55,281 bases of DNA. It comes from Nemertoderma westbladi. Its lineage: Eukaryota > Animalia > Xenacoelomorpha. Below, piece by piece: positions 48,054 through 55,281 of the stretch (its first letter is position 1; the number at the start of each line of letters is the position of its first letter). The stretch is taken from NCBI GenBank assembly GCA_032718475.1, contig JAUCBJ010003552.1, positions 1 to 55,281 of the forward strand, in the 5' to 3' direction. The position numbers were made by a program, and so were the translations under genes. Under the pieces are notes generated by a model, which was not told the DNA's origin, searched no databases, and saw only the letters and a list, made by a program, of their open reading frames with translations.

Positions 48054-49829
48054 TCACCTGTATTATCTACTGTACATATTATGTATTACGTATATTACGT
48101 ATTATCTCTCACCTGTATTATCTCTCACCTGTATTATCTACATACTGTATTATCTCTCACCTGTATTATCTCTCACCTGTATTATCTCTCACCTGTATTA
48201 TCTCTCAACTTTATTATCTCTCAACTATATTATCTACATACTGTATTATCTCTCACCTTTATTATCTACATACTGTATTATCTCTCACCTTTATTATCTA
48301 CATGCTGTATTATCTCTCACCTTTATTATCTACATACTGTATTATCTACATACTGTATTATCTACATACTGTATTATCTACATCCTGTATTATCTACATA
48401 CTGTATTATCTACATACTGTATTATCTACATACTGTATTATCTACATACTGTATTATCTACATACTGTATTATCTACATACTGTATTATCTCTCACCTGT
48501 ATTATCTACATACTGTATTATCTCTCACCTGTATTATCTCTCACCTGTATTATCTCTCACCTGTATTATCTCTCACCTTTATTATCTACATGCTGTATTA
48601 TCTCTCACCTTTATTATCTACATGCTGTATTATCTCTCACCTTTATTATCTACATACTGTATTATCTACATACTGTATTATCTCTCACCTTTATTATCTA
48701 CATGCTGTATTATCTCTCACCTTTATTATCTACATACTGTATTATCTCTCACCTGTATTATCTACATACTGTATTATCTACATACTGTATTATCTACATA
48801 CTGTATTATCTACATACTGTATTATCTACATACTGTATTATCTACATACTGTATTATCTACATACTGTATTATCTACATCCTGTATTATCTCTCACCTGT
48901 ATTATCTACATACTGTATTATCTCTCACCTGTATTATCTATATACTGTATTATCTACATACTGTATTATCTCTCACCTGTATTATCTCTCACCTGTATTA
49001 TCTCTCACCTGTATTATCTACATCCTGTATTATCTACATACTGTATTATCTCTCACCTGTATTATCTCTCACCTGTATTATCTCTCACCTGTATTATCTC
49101 TCACCTGTATTATCTCTCACCTGTATTATCTCTCACCTGTATTATCTCTCACCTGTATTATCTCTCACCTGTATTATCTACATACTGTATTATCTCTCAC
49201 CTGTATTATCTACATACTGTATTATCTCTCACCTTTATTATCTACATACTGTATTATCTCTCACCTTTATTATCTACATGCTGTATTATCTCTCAACTTT
49301 ATTATCTACATACTGTATTATCTCTCACCTGTATTATCTCTCACCTGTATTATCTCTCACCTGTATTATCTACATACTGTATTATCTACATACTGTATTA
49401 TCTCTCACCTTTATTATCTACATGCTGTATTATCTCTCAACTTTATTATCTACATACTGTATTATCTCTCACCTGTATTATCTCTCACCTGTATTATCTC
49501 TCACCTGTATTATCTACATACTGTATTATCTACATCCTGTATTATCTACATACTGTATTATCTCTCATCTTTATTATCTCTCATCTTTATTATCTACATA
49601 CTGTATTATCTACATACTGTATTATCTCTCACCTTTATTATCTACATACTGTATTATCTCTCACCTGTATTATCTACATACTGTATTATCTACATCCTGT
49701 ATTATCTACATACTGTATTATCTCTCATCTTTATTATCTCTCATCTTTATTATCTACATGCTGTATTATCTACATACTGTATTATCTCTCACCTTTATTA
49801 TCTACATACTGTATTATCTACATACTGTA
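48054..49829. repeat. 16-bp minisatellite with interspersed variants (TGTATTATCTACATAC / TGTATTATCTCTCACC), roughly 108 units
   Basis: Direct inspection; further units at 51098-51113 and 54849-54896. Confidence 0.98.
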
Positions 49830-51097
49830 CTAGAAAGGCATTTCCTAAAGGAAATGCAACCACGAAGCTAAGGAAAATTAAACAAAGGGCCACAATTTGG
49901 TTTGTTGCTTAGCCTAGTGGTTTTTGCCAATAAATAACTTATATTCCCATGGAAACTAGAATTCTCTGGAACTGTTGGTTTTACCTTTGAAAAAAGATTC
50001 AGTCCAGATTGTGGTTCAGATAAAGATAACACATATCGAGTTTCAGAAAATATTGTAGTTTATGTCCAAATTACCGATTTTCTATCAAAATGCATCTGTT
50101 TGTAGTGGTTGTCATGGAAACTGAAAAATAGAACAATGTAATTCGGATGCAGAATAAGTCATATAGTGGGGGTAGGTGTTGGTCCCAAGTCTTAATAGTA
50201 TTAACTTGTGCTTCAAATTATCATTTTATAAATTTTAACATCTGTTTAGTCTTGTTGCTATGGTGACTGGAATTTCTAATTAACCTCGAACGGCTTGGAT
50301 ATGAACCTTATAGTTGAGTTGAGAAACCCCAAGTTTATATCTATTGCGGTTTTTCTACAAATAGAGTTATGAATATAGACTTGAATGATATAATCTGTAA
50401 TAAACTCCAGTTACCACGGTAACTAGATATTTCTGGAATGATTTGAGTTTCACTAAAAGTTCCAACTAGTGGTCCAGATAACACATACCCAGTTTTGTAA
50501 AATTTTATCGTGAAGTCTATGTCCAAATGAATAAGTTTTGAATAAAAACATCTGTTTTCAGCGGTTGTCATGGTAACTGAAAAATAGGACAATGTAATTC
50601 GGATGCAGAATAAGTTATATAGTGGGGGTAGGGGTTGGTCCCAAGTCATAACACCTTAACCTTAGGCTTCAAATTAACATTTTATAAATTTTAACACCTG
50701 TCTAGCCCGGTTGCCAAGGCAACTGGATTTTCTATTGAACCTCAATCGGCTCTGCTATGGACCTTATAGTTGTGTTGCGAAACCCCAAGTTTATATCTAT
50801 TATAGTTTTCCTACAAATAGAGTTATAAATATTGACTTGAAATACATAGACTTTTTTTGAAGTCCGTTGCCATGGAAACCAGATTTTTCCTGGATATGAG
50901 ACCCGGCCCAAAAGATGCGCCTCGTCGAGTAGTATATACATGCAAAATTTCAGGGTACTTTTAAAGGCTAGATTTGCCGGGGGTCAAAAAAAACCAAATC
51001 TGCTCCATACAAGTAAAATAGCCCACTATGAATAGACCATCTCAGCTAAGGAAAATCTTTCTTAGCGAAAGTAGTTGATTTTCCTTAGCTTCGTGGA
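49830..51097 (-). mobile_element. Non-autonomous Helitron-type element, copy 1 (1268 bp)
   Basis: Minus strand 5'-TC...CTAG-3' between host A and T; hairpin GCATTTCCT-AA-AGGAAATGC (49838-49857); 19-bp subterminal inverted repeats (49860-49878 / 51078-51096); no TSD. Confidence 0.85.
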
Positions 51098-52352
51098 TCT
51101 ACATATTGTATTACTAGAAAGGCATTTCCTAAAGGAAATGCAACCACGAATCTAAGGAAAATTAAACAAAGGGCCACAATTTGGTTTGTTGCTTAGCCTA
51201 GTTTAGTAGCATTTGCCAATAAATAACTTCTATTCCCATGGAAACTAGAGTTCTCTGGAACTGTTGGTTTTACCTTTGAAAAAAGATTCAGTCCAGATTG
51301 TGGTTCAGATAACACATTTACCGAGTTTCAGAAAAATATATTGTAGTTTATGTCCAAATTACCAATTTTCTATCAAAATGCATCTGTTTGCAGTGGTTGT
51401 CATGGAAACTGAAAAATAGAACAATGAAATTCGGATGCAGAATAAGTCATATAGTGGGGGTAGGGGTTGGTCCCAAGTCATAATACTATTAACTTGTGCT
51501 TCAAATTATCATTTTATAAATTTTAACATCTGTTTAGACTTGTTGCTATGGTAACTGTATTTTCTAATTAACCTCAAACGGCTTGGATATAGATCTTATA
51601 GATGAGTTGCAAAACCCCAAGTTTATATATATTACAGTTTTGCTACAAATAGAGTTATCAATATAGATTTGAATGATATAGAGTTTAATAAACTACAGTT
51701 ACCATGGTAACTAAATTTCTGCAATAATTTAAGTTTCACTAAAAGTTCCAACTAATGGTCCAGATAACACATACCCAGTTTTGTAAAATTTTATCGTGAA
51801 GTCTATGTCCAAATGAATAAGTTTTGAATAAAAACATATGTTTTCAGCGGTTGTCATGGAAACTGAAAAATAGAACAATGTAATTCGGACACAGAATAAG
51901 TTATATAGTGGGGGTAGGGGTTGGTCCCAAGTCCTAACACCTTAAACTTAGGCCTCAAATTAACATTTTATAAATTTTAACGTGTATGTATTATAGTATT
52001 CCTACAAATAGAGTTATAAATATTGACTTGAGATACATAGACTTTGTTCTAAGTCCGTTGCCATGGAAACCAGATTTTTCCTGGATATGAGACCCAGCCC
52101 AAAAGATGCGCCTCGACGAGTAGTATATACATGCAAAATTTCAGGGTACTTTTAAAGGCTAGTTTTTTCACCTATCAAAAAATTGAATTAAATTAAAATT
52201 AAAATTAAATAAGAAATTAAACAAATTAATATTATGGTAACACTACAAAGTAAATTCTGGAAAATAATTAAAGTTAAACAAATATTCTAATTTAGATTGA
52301 GGAATTGATTATAAATTGATTATAATTTTAATTCGAATAACTAAAACTAAAT

Positions 52353-52616
52353 ATGGAAGATCAAGGGACGTATTTCTATAAAGCAGTGAAGGAGGCTAAA
52401 GAGGAGGGTAGAAGACAGGGAAGAAGAACTGGGTATAGAGAGGGAGAGAAAAACGGATGGGTAAAAGGCATGGCGAAAGGGAGAGAATTGGGGTGGGAAT
52501 ACGGATTCAAGGTTGGGAGGAGACAGGGACGGATGGAAGGTAGATCGATAGAGAGGAAGAGAAGCGGAAGATCGATAGAGAGGAAGAGAAGCGGAAGACA
52601 AATTAATCGTAATTAG
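52353..52616 (+). CDS. Small intronless 87-aa ORF with 12 consecutive Gly-X3 repeats
   Basis: EGRRQGRRTGYREGEKNGWVKGMAKGRELGWEYGFKVGRRQGRMEG; sharp purine-rich island in AT-rich flanks; AATAAA near 52674. Confidence 0.5.
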   Translation: MEDQGTYFYKAVKEAKEEGRRQGRRTGYREGEKNGWVKGMAKGRELGWEYGFKVGRRQGRMEGRSIERKRSGRSIERKRSGRQINRN

Positions 52617-53639
52617 ACTCGTAATTAAATTGTAATTTTCTATTAACTATTTGTAATTTGTAAATTAAATCGTAATAAAATTCTAGAACTAGAAAAAATT
52701 AATTTTTGAACGGCGCGGTTTGGGATAATAAAAAGTTTTTTAAAAGTTTTAATAGCTCGATAAAATAATATATTTGCGGTATATGGCGGTTTTTTTAGAA
52801 GCTGATCACGATTTTAGAACTCAGATATAACATACAAGAAAATTTCTAGTATTTTTGAATGGGCCCCCAGGGCACGAAAAAAGCAAGTAGTGCAAATATG
52901 ATAATAAAAAATCACCACAAAATAAATTGATTTTATGACATTAGGGGATTGCCGGGATGCTGATCGGATTGCCGGGATGCTGATCGTGGATATATCATAT
53001 CCGATTCATTGCGGCATTTTCGGACATGTGCCAATTTGGCACGAAAAATACAAGTACCGGTAGCAGAAATTGATAAAAATTTAATGTTTACACTTCCATT
53101 TAATATTCTTAACAAGTTCTATCGTGATCAGCGACCTCGACACTATTGCTTCAGAATTATCAATCCAAACTCAACGTTCATTAGTTTGAAAATTTTTCAC
53201 TTGTACTTTTCGTCCTGGGGGAGCGAATAGTGCAACAAAATTATGGTTTCAATGTCAGAAAACATTTTTAACAAGAATAAAGAGATCAGCGACCTCGAAA
53301 ACCCTTATACCATAAATTTGTAATTTTTTAGTCAAGATCTAAAAAATTGACAACCCACCCAGAGCCAATTAGTAAAAATAGACCTAACCTGATAGGGTTA
53401 AGGCCCCCCAAGTATCCCCTCCCCCAGCCCCATAATGAATTTCTCCTGCATCTGGGCCAGGCCACTCAAACACCAAAACTCCCCCCAAGGTGCTGATTGA
53501 TCTCATTAGTAAACGTGGCTTTAGAAATTTCAAAAATACGTATATTTCACAAAAAATTATAAAGGGTAATGGTCATAAACAGACTCTTCAATAATAATAA
53601 GTGAATTTTCGGAGTGAATTCCAAAATAAATTTTACAAA

Positions 53640-53945
53640 GTGAACTTAGTTCCAATCGAGGCGAACTTAGTTCCAATCCCAGAATATCAAAACGAACTTA
53701 GTTCCAATGGATGCGAATTTAGTTCCAATGCATGCGAATTTAGTTCAAATGGAAGCGAATTTAGTTCCAATGGATGCGAATTTAGTTCCAATGGGTACGA
53801 ACTTTTTTCTCTAGTTATTGGAACTAAGTTCGCCTAAATTGGAAATAAATTCGCCAAAATTGGAACTAAATTCGTTTCCATTGGAACTAAATTCTTTTCC
53901 ATTGGAACTAACTTTGCATGAGGCTTCAATTGGAACTAAGTACGG
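53640..53945. repeat. Foldback array of ~21-bp units (GCGAATTTAGTTCCAATG), direct then inverted
   Basis: About 7 forward units 53640-53800; about 6 TTGGAACTAA units 53817-53940. Confidence 0.85.
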
Positions 53946-54896
53946 GGAATCGTAATTGCCAATTGCCAAATTATATTTTCCAATTGGCTGCAATATATTT
54001 ACTGTAAATCTAAAAGGTCATTTTATATATTTTGATAGGGCCACTGTTAATAAATTTAATGTAATTTAACTGTACAATATGAATATGAATATGAATATTT
54101 TTCTCCAAATAGAGTTATGAATATAGACTTGAATGATATATAACTTTAAAAAAACTACAGTTACCATGGTAACTAGATATTTCTGGAATGTTTTGAGTTT
54201 CACTAAAAGTTCCAACTAGTGGTCCAGATAACACATACCTAGTTTCGTAAAATTTTATCGTGAAGTCTATGTACAAATGAATAATTTTCGTATAAAAACA
54301 TCTGTTTTCAGCGGTTGTCAAGGTAACTGCAAAATAGAACAATCAAATTCGGACGCAGAATAAGTTATATAGTGGGGGTAGGGATTGGTCCCAAGTCATC
54401 ACACCTTAACCTTAGGCTTCAAATTAACATTTTAAAAATTTTAACATCTGTTTAGCCCGGTTGCCAAGGTAACTGGATTTTCTATTTAACCTCAATCGGC
54501 TCTGCTATGGACCTTATAGTTGTGTTGAGATACCCCAAGTTTATATCTATTATAGTTTTCCTACAAATAGAGTTACAAATATTGACTTGAAATACATAGA
54601 CTTTTTTCTAAGTCCGTTGCCATGGAAACCAGATTTTTCCTGGATATGAGACCCGGCCCAAAAGATGCGTCTCGCCGAGTAGTATATACATGCAAAATTT
54701 CAGGGTACTTTTAAAGGCTAGTTTTTTCACCTATCAAAAAAAAAACAAATCTGCCTCACACAAGTAAAATAGCCCACTATGAATAGACCATCTCAGCTAA
54801 GGAAAATCTTTCTTAGCGAAAGTAGTTGATTTTCCTTAGCTTCGTGGATCTCTCACCTGTATTATCTACATACTGTATTATCTACATACTGTATTA

Positions 54897-55281
54897 CGAG
54901 AAAGGCATTTCCTAAAGGAAATGCAACCACGAAGCTAAGGAAAATTAAACAAACGGCCACACTTTGGTTCGTTGCTTAGCTTCGTTTAGTAGCAATTGTA
55001 AATAATTAACTTCTATTCCCATGGAAACTAGAGTTCTCTGGAACTGTTGCTTTAACCTTTGAAAAAAAATTCAGTACAGATTGTGGTTCAGATAACACAT
55101 ATACTGAGTTTCAGAAAATATTGTAGTTTATTTCCAAATTACCGATTTTCTATCAAAATGCATCTGTTTGCAGTGGTTGTCATGGAAACTGAAAAATAGA
55201 ACAATGTAATTCGGCTGCAGAATAAGTCATACAGTGGGGGTAGGGGTTGGTCCCAAGTCATATTACAGTACTATTAACTTG
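54897..55281 (-). mobile_element. Helitron-type element copy 3, cut by the window end
   Basis: CGAGAAAGGCATTTCCTAAAGGAAATGCAACCACGAAGCTAAGGAAAAT matches copy 1 (terminal CTAG changed to CTCG on minus). Confidence 0.85.

Larger units (their letters stand above)
51114..54848 (-). mobile_element. Helitron-type element copy 2, internally duplicated with about 1.9 kb of foreign sequence (or two partial copies)
   Basis: Same termini as copy 1; homology breaks near 52170 and resumes near 54105 at an earlier internal position. Confidence 0.8.

Noticed and set aside
47961-49912. ORFs of 636, 536 and 403 aa
   Set aside because: All three frames are open because the 16-bp repeat lacks stops on this strand; not genes.

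Overview
AT-rich metazoan (probably invertebrate) genomic DNA, mostly nested transposable elements. Left to right: a 60-bp minisatellite; the AGTAGT-type end of a probable Polinton/Maverick with a zinc-finger/acidic gene, inserted into a decayed BEL/Pao element; a young BEL/Pao LTR element (14602-26989; 1225-bp LTRs, 3 differences by eye; CTGCA TSD) whose single 1635-aa ORF keeps Gag and protease but has lost RT and the integrase core in frame; four copies of one RTE-like LINE (one 5'-inverted); two tRNA-derived SINEs; a Mag-like Gypsy relic; TTAA MITEs; a Penelope-like relic; three coding exons of an SLC6 amino-acid transporter; 25-bp and 16-bp minisatellites; and non-autonomous Helitron copies in the same phase of the 16-bp array. 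The top observation is that the young BEL element has no tRNA-type PBS. The 12 nt right after its 5' LTR are instead perfectly complementary to a site inside its own LTR, which suggests tRNA-independent self-priming. All calls were read by eye with no searches run; family names rest on motifs recalled from memory.
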